Shown here one piece after another: positions 17,887 to 25,917 of a DNA stretch of 64,000 bases (positions are counted from its first letter, which is position 1; every line of letters begins with the position of its first letter). A model generated the notes under the pieces. That model did no database searches, was not told the DNA's origin, and worked only from the letters and a program-made list of their open reading frames with translations. This DNA comes from a phage. The DNA lies in the sequence record PZ386969.1; one strand, given 5' to 3'. The position numbers and the translations under genes are program-made.

Positions 17887-18231
17887 TCACAGCGCCCCAA
17901 GATTGCCGATTACGTACAGGGAGCACAGAGGAGTGCCTGACGAACGAGGTTCGATCGTCATCCCGCTCAGGCGGATCAGTTCCAGTAAGCCGTCAGTGGT
18001 CTGATACGCGCGTGTCGAACCGTTCGGTCGATATAGTTCCAGCTCAGTTCGCCCTTCCTTTAATGCATTTCGAATGCGCGTGAACACGCTGTGGTCGCCG
18101 AACTTCTGTTTCAGAATATCCAGTTTGGTGACCAGGCGACGCGATTTGCGTGGCTTACGCTCGCTCGGCTTTTCGAATTTGACGATGTGGGGGATCTCCA
18201 CGGATTTGTTCAGTTTGGTGTCTGCTGCCAT
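17887..18231 (-). CDS. hypothetical protein (basic)
   Basis: ORF in track with ATG. Confidence 0.45.
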   Translation of the reverse strand: MAADTKLNKSVEIPHIVKFEKPSERKPRKSRRLVTKLDILKQKFGDHSVFTRIRNALKEGRTELELYRPNGSTRAYQTTDGLLELIRLSGMTIEPRSSGTPLCSLYVIGNLGAL

Positions 18232-18300
18232 GGTAAAGTCCTCTATTTGTAGGGGATAGGGTATGCGGTTAACATACCCTGTTCAAAGGTTTAGAACAAA

Positions 18301-18630
18301 TCACAGATCCTGACACTGATCGCAGTATTCATCGTATGTGAAGGACTCATCACACAGGCCGTCCACGATCATAGCCGCTTTTGCTTCAGAGAAGATCGCG
18401 AGAGTGATATCATTGTCATCCAAGTCTTGACGGATGAACGGTTCATCTTCAGGGCGATTGAAGAAGACTTCAGCAGGTTCGATATAGAACTCCGCTTCAA
18501 GATCCTTTCGGGTTTGATGGCCAGTGATCCCCATCACCCACTGGCGCATTTCAGAGATGGTTTCCAGCTGCGGGTTGCTCAGCACGTTGGTTTTGGTTGC
18601 GTCGAATGCTACAAAGCCTTTAAAAGTCAT
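18301..18630 (-). CDS. hypothetical protein (acidic)
   Basis: ORF in track with ATG; early-type promoter upstream. Confidence 0.45.
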   Translation of the reverse strand: MTFKGFVAFDATKTNVLSNPQLETISEMRQWVMGITGHQTRKDLEAEFYIEPAEVFFNRPEDEPFIRQDLDDNDITLAIFSEAKAAMIVDGLCDESFTYDEYCDQCQDL

Positions 18631-18679
18631 GATATATTTCCTTCATTTCAGAGTCAATGTTGTGCTGCTTATGGAATGA

Positions 18680-18708
18680 AGTATACGGGGTTTATTGAAG
18701 AATTAAAC
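18680..18708 (-). promoter_or_regulatory. early-type promoter GTTTAA-N17-TATACT (minus strand) with AT-rich upstream region
   Basis: T4 early -35 consensus is GTTTAC; element shares about 75 percent identity with 60352-60414. Confidence 0.4.
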
Positions 18709-18714
18709 CCCGTA
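18683..18714. terminator. terminator hairpin overlapping the early-type promoter
   Basis: Stem TACGGGG/CCCCGTA with long loop. Confidence 0.35.
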
Positions 18715-18733
18715 TATTGAATAAATTTAAAAT

Positions 18734-18970
18734 TTATTTGAAGCGGTCGGGAAGGGTGTCGTGAACCTCGGCGCTCAGCACCAGAAACTTACCATCCGTC
18801 GTTGGGAAGCAATAGTCTTTCTTGATGTGTCGCAAGTGTTCAGCTACAGCTGTCACGCAGTCATCTGTCACGTCGGTCTTCTCACCAACCCACATGCTGG
18901 TTTTGGTGTTCAACCTGCCCTGGAATATAGTACCAGTGAGAGGACTTGCGCCGATCTTTTTGATAATCAT
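18734..18970 (-). CDS. hypothetical protein
   Basis: ORF in track with ATG; terminator hairpin downstream. Confidence 0.4.
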   Translation of the reverse strand: MIIKKIGASPLTGTIFQGRLNTKTSMWVGEKTDVTDDCVTAVAEHLRHIKKDYCFPTTDGKFLVLSAEVHDTLPDRFK

Positions 18971-18978
18971 GTTTGACC

Positions 18979-19422
18979 TCAGTTGTTAATGCGGAACAGT
19001 TGTGGATAACCACCTGGATGCCCTTCTCCGGTCACGAAGACCTCGTACCGGGCACCTTTAACCAAACCGGGCAAATTGCCTGAGTCGAGAAGATAGCGGA
19101 TTTTATCCATAGTGTCCATCCAGGACTTAGCAGGTTCAGCTTCAGCCTCTCCACGATTGAGGACGAGTTCACCTTCAGAATAATACTTCCCGCTGTCCTT
19201 CATGTAGTACAGCTTGATATGGATATACTGAGGGGATGGGACCAAACGCCAGCCGTCATCAATCAGATCCTGGCGATCATTATCCAGGGACTGGTAATCG
19301 ATCTCACCAGACGCCAGACCATAGCTGCGCATGTAGCGGAACTTCTCAACACGGTCTTTCACGTCAGAGATGAAGAACTCCTTCGTGGCTGGACTGATAA
19401 AAATGTATTTCTCTTTTGACAT
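18979..19422 (-). CDS. hypothetical protein
   Basis: ORF in track; start moved to ATG MSKEKYIF. Confidence 0.45.
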   Translation of the reverse strand: MSKEKYIFISPATKEFFISDVKDRVEKFRYMRSYGLASGEIDYQSLDNDRQDLIDDGWRLVPSPQYIHIKLYYMKDSGKYYSEGELVLNRGEAEAEPAKSWMDTMDKIRYLLDSGNLPGLVKGARYEVFVTGEGHPGGYPQLFRINN

Positions 19423-19439
19423 GATATAGTTCCTTCCTT

Positions 19440-19664
19440 TCAAAGAATGATGTGTTTGTCGATATCGGACTGCGTTGCAATCTCCCAGCGGACGATGTTC
19501 TCGGTTGTGATGAAATCACGGTTCAGGTGAGAGGCTGGCACATACACCAATGTGTTGACCATGAAGTAGCGCTGCTCATTGTTCCAGGAGTCAACATAAG
19601 CCTCAATAAGGCACACTTCGATCACTTCGCCTTTCGGCTTCTTCACAGTCTTTTTCAGGTACAT
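19440..19664 (-). CDS. hypothetical protein
   Basis: ORF in track; start moved to ATG MYLKKTVKK. Confidence 0.4.
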   Translation of the reverse strand: MYLKKTVKKPKGEVIEVCLIEAYVDSWNNEQRYFMVNTLVYVPASHLNRDFITTENIVRWEIATQSDIDKHIIL

Positions 19665-19724
19665 GGCACAACCCTCGGATAGTAGACGGGGCAATAATAC
19701 CTCTCGCCCCGTTATTGAAAACTG

Positions 19725-19925
19725 TTATCCTTCTTGTTCTTCCCAACCCCATTCATCTTCCCAAGACTGGCGAGGGGTCTTGCCTGCTTCGTAATCATCA
19801 CGCCAGGCGTCGGCGTCGGCGGCTGAACCGCCCTGGCTTTTCGCGACTTTGCACAATACGTCGTGCCACTCACGGAAAGTGGAGTTGGCGACTGTGGTGT
19901 TTACAGAATCTTCTTTCAGGCTCAT
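19725..19925 (-). CDS. hypothetical protein (66 aa, acidic, Trp-rich)
   Basis: ORF in track with ATG. Confidence 0.35.
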   Translation of the reverse strand: MSLKEDSVNTTVANSTFREWHDVLCKVAKSQGGSAADADAWRDDYEAGKTPRQSWEDEWGWEEQEG

Positions 19926-19977
19926 ACACGTTATCTCCGGTTAAGTTTGGCACATCATATAACGAATCCCCAAAATG

Positions 19978-20003
19978 AAAAACCCCGCCGAAGCGGGGTT
20001 TGT
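19978..20003 (-). terminator. strong terminator after the major capsid gene
   Basis: AACCCCGCCGAAGCGGGGTT flanked by A/T runs. Confidence 0.65.
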
Positions 20004-20026
20004 CAGGGTTAAGGACAACTATTCGA

Positions 20027-21361
20027 TTAGAAAAGTCCCTTAATTAACCCTTTGCGGAAATACACGTTGGTGTCCTTGGCGATACCATCCGCAGTCACAT
20101 AGACCTGTGGATCCTGGTTCGCTGGGATCTGAACGAACGGGTTGGCACAAATCCCGTAGCGGGTCTTGAACGCCATGCGTGGAGCGAAGGTGGTTTCACC
20201 CTGGGTGCGGTACATCTCCAGCGGAACGTATGGGGCGAAGAAGATACCAGCATCCAGCGCGGTTGCGCCTTTGTATGCCAGGGTGATGTACTCTGCTACT
20301 GCATACGGGTCGATGTAGACACGCATACCATTAGACAGCACACCAGCGAAGGTCTGGCCAGTCGGATCAATCGCCAGCTTGGTGTTTTCCTGCAGCGCCG
20401 GAGCATAATCCAGCATGCCGGACATCGCCAGAGCGGATGCTACGTTCGGGGAGCACAGAACACGGTTGCCTTTACCACGACGGGTGTCAACACCGATGCC
20501 GTTCGCTTCGACTTCCAGCATGAAAGTCATGTACTTCCATTTTTCCAGCGCCCAACGACCGGAGATGTCAGTGGAGATATCTACGATACCGTTGGTGCCG
20601 AATTTTTTGAAGCGTACTGCGCTGAAGTTCATGGTGCGGATAAACTCACGGTTCATCTCTGCCTGAATTTCAGTTACCATCACGTCGGACAGGATGCTGT
20701 CAACGTCTTCGCCGTGGATCGCCATCATGTCCTGGCGCAGTTCATGGCTGTAGTCAGCGTACAGGCCGCGAGACTTCGCAGTCACGGTTGCTTTCTGAAC
20801 GGTGATACCAACACGTGCCCATGGGTTAGTGGTGGTGCCCAGCAGTTCAGCGTCGGAAGTTGACATGCCTTTACCGATGGTGGTGGTGGCAGCGCCGGAA
20901 CCTTCGATCTCAGTCTGGGTAAAGCCAGATGGGTCGCCAGCCTGAGCAGTGTCGTCACCAGAGTAGCCAGAATCAGCTTCCTGCATGAACAGTTCTTTAC
21001 GGGAATGTTGGGTGTTGGATCCGCCGTCTGAAATGCCCTGGCGAGCACGCAGAGCAAAGATCTGACCGTCAGGACCAGACAGCGGCTGAACGCCGAAGAA
21101 GTCCATCGCGATGTTGACCGGAGCCAGACGTTTGGCCATGTCGATCAGGACTGGCTGCCATTTGCCCACAGAGGCGTTCACGGAGCCAGGAGCGTCGGAT
21201 TCGCCCAGGTTTTTGGCGTTCCACTCAGCCTGGTTTTGCAGCAGACGGACGGCAACGTTTTCGGCAGAAAGCGGCTGGATGCTTTCAGATTCTTTCTGAA
21301 GAACTGGCAGCCACTGCTCGCGCATTTGTTCGGTAACAAGTTTCTTAGCCATGATGGTCAT
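20027..21361 (-). CDS. gp23: major capsid protein (gp23-like)
   Basis: FGVQPLSGPDGQIFALRA, FAGVLSNGMRVYIDPYA and C-terminal FRKGLIKGLF match T4 gp23; strong terminator hairpin immediately downstream. Confidence 0.9.
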   Translation of the reverse strand: MTIMAKKLVTEQMREQWLPVLQKESESIQPLSAENVAVRLLQNQAEWNAKNLGESDAPGSVNASVGKWQPVLIDMAKRLAPVNIAMDFFGVQPLSGPDGQIFALRARQGISDGGSNTQHSRKELFMQEADSGYSGDDTAQAGDPSGFTQTEIEGSGAATTTIGKGMSTSDAELLGTTTNPWARVGITVQKATVTAKSRGLYADYSHELRQDMMAIHGEDVDSILSDVMVTEIQAEMNREFIRTMNFSAVRFKKFGTNGIVDISTDISGRWALEKWKYMTFMLEVEANGIGVDTRRGKGNRVLCSPNVASALAMSGMLDYAPALQENTKLAIDPTGQTFAGVLSNGMRVYIDPYAVAEYITLAYKGATALDAGIFFAPYVPLEMYRTQGETTFAPRMAFKTRYGICANPFVQIPANQDPQVYVTADGIAKDTNVYFRKGLIKGLF

Positions 21362-21412
21362 TCCTTACATTGATATTCAGTTAAGTTGAAATTACTTAGT
21401 AGTTCAAAATCA

Positions 21413-21430
21413 AGCCCCCTTTCGAGGGCT
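21413..21430 (-). terminator. terminator-like hairpin between scaffold C-part and MCP
   Basis: Stem AGCCC/GGGCT followed by TGATTTTG on the minus strand. Confidence 0.4.
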
Positions 21431-21443
21431 GTGGCTGCTAAAA

Positions 21444-21776
21444 TTAGCCGTTGATGCCGAAGCGACGATTATAGTCGGCCAACTGACGCTTGATAGATTC
21501 TTTCAGCTCTTTGTCTGTTTCATCTTCATCGTCATCTTCATCGCCTTCTTTCTTAGGCTTTTTGCCTTCGGCTTTAACATCTTTGTTGTCGTCATCGCCG
21601 TCTTTTCCGCCGACTTTGTCTTGGAAGTCATCGTCATCGTCATCGCCTTCTTTCTTCACGGACTTACCTTCTACCAGGTTGCGGAAGGTGTGTACGCGGG
21701 AAGCGAATTCGCTTTCGGTGGTGAACTGCACAGCTTCCAGCAGATTGACAACCGTTGCTTTCTTGGTGTCGACCAT
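21444..21776 (-). CDS. acidic protein; probable C-terminal part of the scaffold (gp22-like) gene in a shifted frame
   Basis: VVNLLEAVQFTTESEFASRV resembles T4 gp22 VSALVEGMDYSDAFSSKLSAIV; poly-Asp/Glu tail; overlaps the 3' end of the upstream ORF by 106 nt. Confidence 0.5.
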   Translation of the reverse strand: MVDTKKATVVNLLEAVQFTTESEFASRVHTFRNLVEGKSVKKEGDDDDDDFQDKVGGKDGDDDNKDVKAEGKKPKKEGDEDDDEDETDKELKESIKRQLADYNRRFGING

Positions 21777-22294
21777 ACCTCACAGATACGGGCGATCACA
21801 GAGTCACGCAGAGTCGCATTCGCGGCTTCTTTGATTTGACGGTTTTCGCTTTCGGCAATCGCAGCACGTCGTTCTGCTTCGGTCAGGCGGGCAGTCAGCG
21901 CAGCGATCTGGCCGTTTTCGTCGGTGGCAAAGTTGATACCAGCTTCTTTCAGAACACCAGTCAGGCCAGCCAGCAGATTTTCAGCCGCTTCACGTTTGAT
22001 CTGAGCGTCGATGGCAGGAGCGTTCTTGTTAGCCCACTCTTCTACAACCGCGTTCAGGAAGCCATCGACTTTGGTCGCAATTTCCATCAAGTGAGACTCT
22101 TTCAGCTGAGCAATCTCAGCCTGATGAGCTTCAACCAGACGCAGGCGCTCAATATTGGCAGCGTTTTCGGTTTCTTGAATAGCGGTCAGGCGAGCGGCTT
22201 CTACTTTAGATTCCAGCAGACCAGACACTTTATCCAGGAAGTCGGTGCTGAGGCCGTTAACGCCCTCAAACAGTTTTTGCAATTCAGGTTTCAT
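21671..22294 (-). CDS. gp22: prohead scaffold protein (gp22-like), N-terminal part; 3' tail probably out of frame
   Basis: Helical Ala/Glu-rich sequence similar to T4 gp22; last 35 codons Cys/Trp-rich and atypical; late motif ACTAAATA 27 nt upstream; AGGAAA RBS. Confidence 0.65.
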   Translation of the reverse strand: MKPELQKLFEGVNGLSTDFLDKVSGLLESKVEAARLTAIQETENAANIERLRLVEAHQAEIAQLKESHLMEIATKVDGFLNAVVEEWANKNAPAIDAQIKREAAENLLAGLTGVLKEAGINFATDENGQIAALTARLTEAERRAAIAESENRQIKEAANATLRDSVIARICEVWSTPRKQRLSICWKLCSSPPKANSLPAYTPSATW

Positions 22295-22319
22295 GATTGT
22301 TTCCTTCTGAACGATTTTC

Positions 22320-22330
22320 AGTATTTAGTG
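22320..22330 (-). promoter_or_regulatory. late promoter motif ACTAAATACTG upstream of scaffold gene
   Basis: T4 late consensus is TATAAATA; motif 27 nt before ATG. Confidence 0.45.
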
Positions 22331-22339
22331 AGGCTGAAT

Positions 22340-23008
22340 TCAGCCCAGATGTTTCAATGCGATATCGAGGCGGCGCAGGAAGTCGTCTTCTAACTGAATA
22401 TTGGTTTTCACCAATGAATCGACCACATGCCCCTTAATGTCCTTAGGAACCCAGATTCCTGAAGATTCATCAAGCTGCCATTCCACAGATTCGCTCACAG
22501 CCTTTACATAACAAACTTGTCCAGAAGGACGGTCGACTGCATCAACAGCAGTGAGCATAAAGCCGGGTTGAACGTCATCATAGCCGTTCACTGACTTGGT
22601 CTCACCAAGGCCACGTGTAGACACGGCCAGGTTGAAGTCTGCTTCAGCCAGAGCACGAATGATCTGACCTTTCGGTGTATTCAGGATCCGCGCTCGACCG
22701 ATAGCGTTGGTGCCTTCCCAGCGCAAAGATTCGGTTTTGAGTGCAGCGTGTTCGATATCGGGGAAAGGATAATCCGGATGCTTGAGTTCACCGATTGCAC
22801 GACGATCCTGGATATACTCTTTGTCGTATGCTTCGACAGCAGGGATACCCACCTTTTGGAGATCGTAGTTGCGACCATTACGGTTCACCTGGTTACACAT
22901 CACGAATGGACCTTCGATGTACATGGCTTTGCCGCCAGTAGCCGTGGCCGCTTCACCAATCTGAAGGTCTTTCCCTATCGCAGTGATCTCACGCAACAGT
23001 TTCATCAT
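22340..23008 (-). CDS. gp21: prohead core protease (gp21-like)
   Basis: YIEGPF..NRNGRNY, GELKHP and STRGLG resemble T4 gp21. Confidence 0.8.
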   Translation of the reverse strand: MMKLLREITAIGKDLQIGEAATATGGKAMYIEGPFVMCNQVNRNGRNYDLQKVGIPAVEAYDKEYIQDRRAIGELKHPDYPFPDIEHAALKTESLRWEGTNAIGRARILNTPKGQIIRALAEADFNLAVSTRGLGETKSVNGYDDVQPGFMLTAVDAVDRPSGQVCYVKAVSESVEWQLDESSGIWVPKDIKGHVVDSLVKTNIQLEDDFLRRLDIALKHLG

Positions 23009-23015
23009 TCGCTCC

Positions 23016-23321
23016 TTAACTCAGCCCCATCATACGACGGAACTTCATTGCTTTTTTCTTACGACGCTCGATTTTGCGTTGGTATCCCATACCCATGCGT
23101 TTCTTGGCTCGGATCGCCTTGCGGTTGCCCAGCTTGCGGGTACGGCGCTCACTGGCGACCATCACCTCACAACGGGAACCATCCGCAGACAGTTTGAAAC
23201 CAGGAGCACACTGCAGACGGCGACGGCGTTTGCCTTTTGCGTTCACCTTGTCAATGACTTTCTGCTCATCCATGCGGGAAGCCAGGAAATCAGCGAACGT
23301 TGCAACTTCTTCGATTTCCAT
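23016..23321 (-). CDS. basic prohead core / internal protein (gp68 position)
   Basis: 101 aa, Lys/Arg-rich; synteny between portal and protease. Confidence 0.45.
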   Translation of the reverse strand: MEIEEVATFADFLASRMDEQKVIDKVNAKGKRRRRLQCAPGFKLSADGSRCEVMVASERRTRKLGNRKAIRAKKRMGMGYQRKIERRKKKAMKFRRMMGLS

Positions 23322-23333
23322 GATACATTCCTC

Positions 23334-23504
23334 TTACTGGTCGTCGCCGAAAGGACCCATGTCTTGGCTCAGGGAGTTCAAGACATATTCAGTACCCTGC
23401 TGGACCAGTTCTTGGGCGCGAGCGGACAGCTCCATTTCGCATTCAGCAGCAGCGGCATCAGTATCACCAGCGATGATTGCTTTTACCAGATCGATAGCAG
23501 CCAT
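23334..23504 (-). CDS. small prohead core protein (gp67 position)
   Basis: Track ORF starts at GTG 23555; moved to ATG MAAIDLV with AGAGGA RBS; variant motif CTAAGTA upstream. Confidence 0.35.
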   Translation of the reverse strand: MAAIDLVKAIIAGDTDAAAAECEMELSARAQELVQQGTEYVLNSLSQDMGPFGDDQ

Positions 23505-23541
23505 GTTCATATCCTCTAAATGTTTTCTATACTTAGTCGAA

Positions 23542-25236
23542 TTATTCTTCACCACCAGGAGGGTTAGTCGCTGGGATGACGTTAGGTCTGAATTTCAGTG
23601 GACTGACTTCCCCGCTGCCGAAGCCGCCGGACTCATCTGCCTGCACTTCAGGGTATTTGCCTTCTTTCTTCTCTTTCGCGATCTTCTCTTGCTGGTCTTT
23701 GATGTCTTCATCGGACATACGCAGCAAATTGCGTTGAGCAAAATCGATAGAGAAGAGAGTGCCGATATATGGTTCGATCTGACCGAGAGCCGCCATACGC
23801 TGTGACAAGATTTCGTTCTCTTGTTGTTCACGGATGAAGCTGTCAGAAGTGAATTCGAACTTGACGAACGGCTTGATCTTCTCATTCCAGTCAGCCTGAT
23901 CTGTAATGCCTTTCAATATCAGTTGACGGCGCAGAAGTTCCAGGAAGATACCAGAAGAATAACGACGGCGCAGGCTCGCACAGAACTTGTTGAAGCGCAG
24001 TTCTTCCTGGGTGATTTCAGCAAGATTGGAACCACCAATGTTGATGGAACCTTCCTCTTGTAGACGGCTCTTAGGGATCATCAGAGCCTCGTAGAGCTTC
24101 TCGCGGAAGTATACCACATGATCCATTTGACCCAGTTGATCGCCACCGCCTACGTTGGAGATCTCGGTTGCGTTCTGCCCTTCGCGACGTGGTAGCCAGT
24201 AGTCCTCAGCGATACCCATCAAATGAGTGTTGCCAGCCACCTTACCAGTGGTGCGATCATACGCCAGACGGTTCTTGAATTTACCCATCATGGCTTGCAT
24301 GTATTCTTCGGCCGACTTCTTACCCAGCGTACCCACGTCGAGATAGAACGCTCGCTTCTCAGGAGCACGTGTGATCGCATAGATCACAGTTGCATCTTCA
24401 GTTGTAACAAGGTTGTTCAGGGGACGGATAGCTGGGTTCAGCAGGCTTGGTACAACCCCATTCGCCAGAGGCTCTTCACCACTGTCCAGATACACGATGC
24501 TCTCATCGTCGAACACCAGCTCTTGCTGTGACGGTTGGAAGTTCTGAGACGTACCGGACTGGCCAGTGAATTGGTTGCGGTTGTAGTTCGGGTTGTAGTA
24601 GTATTGAAGTTTTACGTCATTGATGACTTCGATACCGTCGCGCATCGCCTTTTGAACGATGTACACTGGGCGGATACAGCGTGAGTCCATCATGATGAGT
24701 TTGGCGATACCCGCTTTCTTGTTCTTCGGGTCCACTACAACGTGGAATGCCTGACGGCCTTCAATATACCATTTGCGGATCTTCTGATACGCCGTGTTGT
24801 CAAAGTCAAGGAGATGCATGATCTCTTTGAATGCTTCAGTGATCTTCTCTTTGACTTCGTTTGTGATGCCATCTACCTTTTCCAGGTTGATGGTTACAGG
24901 AGTCTCGTCCTCTTCACAGGTGACGATGTCGTTGACAATGATATCCACAGCCTTACGAATCTCAGGCTGCTGAGCCATAGACTGGTACTCTTCGACCAGC
25001 TGTTTGACGTTGAGCAACTCATTCTCAACACCAACGAAATTGAATGTGTTCGCGCCGCCCTGGAGGATGATCGAACCATCCTGAGAATCGTCCAGCGCAA
25101 CAACAGTCGCTTTTGAAAGCAACTTCTCTTCTTGGTTCGTGACCATCTTGTCGGTATCAATCGGCGCTTCTACTTTGCCGCCTCTGCCGAACAAGCCGAA
25201 GAACCCATTTCCGAATGCACCATTACCGAATGCCAT
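23542..25236 (-). CDS. gp20: portal protein (gp20-like)
   Basis: ITRAPEKRAFYLDVGTLGKKSAEEYMQ and EDYWLPRREGQ match T4 gp20 RITRAPDRRVWYVDTGNM and EDYWLQRRDGK. Confidence 0.85.
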   Translation of the reverse strand: MAFGNGAFGNGFFGLFGRGGKVEAPIDTDKMVTNQEEKLLSKATVVALDDSQDGSIILQGGANTFNFVGVENELLNVKQLVEEYQSMAQQPEIRKAVDIIVNDIVTCEEDETPVTINLEKVDGITNEVKEKITEAFKEIMHLLDFDNTAYQKIRKWYIEGRQAFHVVVDPKNKKAGIAKLIMMDSRCIRPVYIVQKAMRDGIEVINDVKLQYYYNPNYNRNQFTGQSGTSQNFQPSQQELVFDDESIVYLDSGEEPLANGVVPSLLNPAIRPLNNLVTTEDATVIYAITRAPEKRAFYLDVGTLGKKSAEEYMQAMMGKFKNRLAYDRTTGKVAGNTHLMGIAEDYWLPRREGQNATEISNVGGGDQLGQMDHVVYFREKLYEALMIPKSRLQEEGSINIGGSNLAEITQEELRFNKFCASLRRRYSSGIFLELLRRQLILKGITDQADWNEKIKPFVKFEFTSDSFIREQQENEILSQRMAALGQIEPYIGTLFSIDFAQRNLLRMSDEDIKDQQEKIAKEKKEGKYPEVQADESGGFGSGEVSPLKFRPNVIPATNPPGGEE

Positions 25237-25302
25237 GATTAAGTCCTCAACATTTTCTTGTAATTAGTGAGGGGGAATATAGATCCCCCAGCACTGAGGA
25301 CA

Positions 25303-25836
25303 TTAGAGAGACTTGTCTGAAATGGCCTGGAAGTAACGCAGGTCAACAGTGAACTGAGTATAAGAGTCCATTGCAGACATGTCCAGTTCCAGCTGACCGA
25401 GGTTCTGAGGCCAGGCGCCCTGAAGGGTCCAGGTCTTGGTGACATTGTCATTCGCATCCAGCAGTTCCATGATTACATCACGGAAATAATCATCTGGGTT
25501 AGCAGACGCACGGTTGTTGTTGCTGCCGTTGATGTACTGCTGCCAGACTTCGAATGCGTTGTACGGGGCGTTGTCCACAACGTTGATAAACGTTACAGGC
25601 AGAGCCTCAAAACGACGGTCACCTGGGAATGGAAGTTCACGACCACCCCATGGGACGAGTATCTCCCCGAGCTGGCCTGTTGGGGTATTTGTGGTCACCG
25701 CCAACAGCGAAACATCACGGATGGTATCGCTTCCAGCCACGAAGGAAGGGAAGTTAACAGTCACACGCCAACGGTGTTGGCGCTGAACGCCACCCCCGCG
25801 TGACATAGCTGCTCTGAATTCATTAACTGTAGCCAT
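25303..25836 (-). CDS. gp19: tail tube protein (gp19-like)
   Basis: 177 aa; position and C-terminal similarity to T4 gp19; late motif ACTAAATATTT and GAGGAGAA RBS. Confidence 0.75.
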   Translation of the reverse strand: MATVNEFRAAMSRGGGVQRQHRWRVTVNFPSFVAGSDTIRDVSLLAVTTNTPTGQLGEILVPWGGRELPFPGDRRFEALPVTFINVVDNAPYNAFEVWQQYINGSNNNRASANPDDYFRDVIMELLDANDNVTKTWTLQGAWPQNLGQLELDMSAMDSYTQFTVDLRYFQAISDKSL

Positions 25837-25860
25837 GGTCGTTCTCCTCTGAATAGTGTA

Positions 25861-25871
25861 AATATTTAGTT
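25861..25871 (-). promoter_or_regulatory. late promoter motif ACTAAATATTT upstream of tail tube gene
   Basis: Motif about 25 nt before ATG. Confidence 0.45.
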
Positions 25872-25917
25872 TTGAAATAAATGGGGGTTAAAATACTCCA
25901 AAGTGAGGATATTTATT

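Noticed and set aside
21770-21790. Programmed -1 ribosomal frameshift joining the two scaffold ORFs
   Set aside because: No slippery heptamer at the junction and in-frame stops in the acceptor frame just upstream; an indel or sequencing error is more likely.
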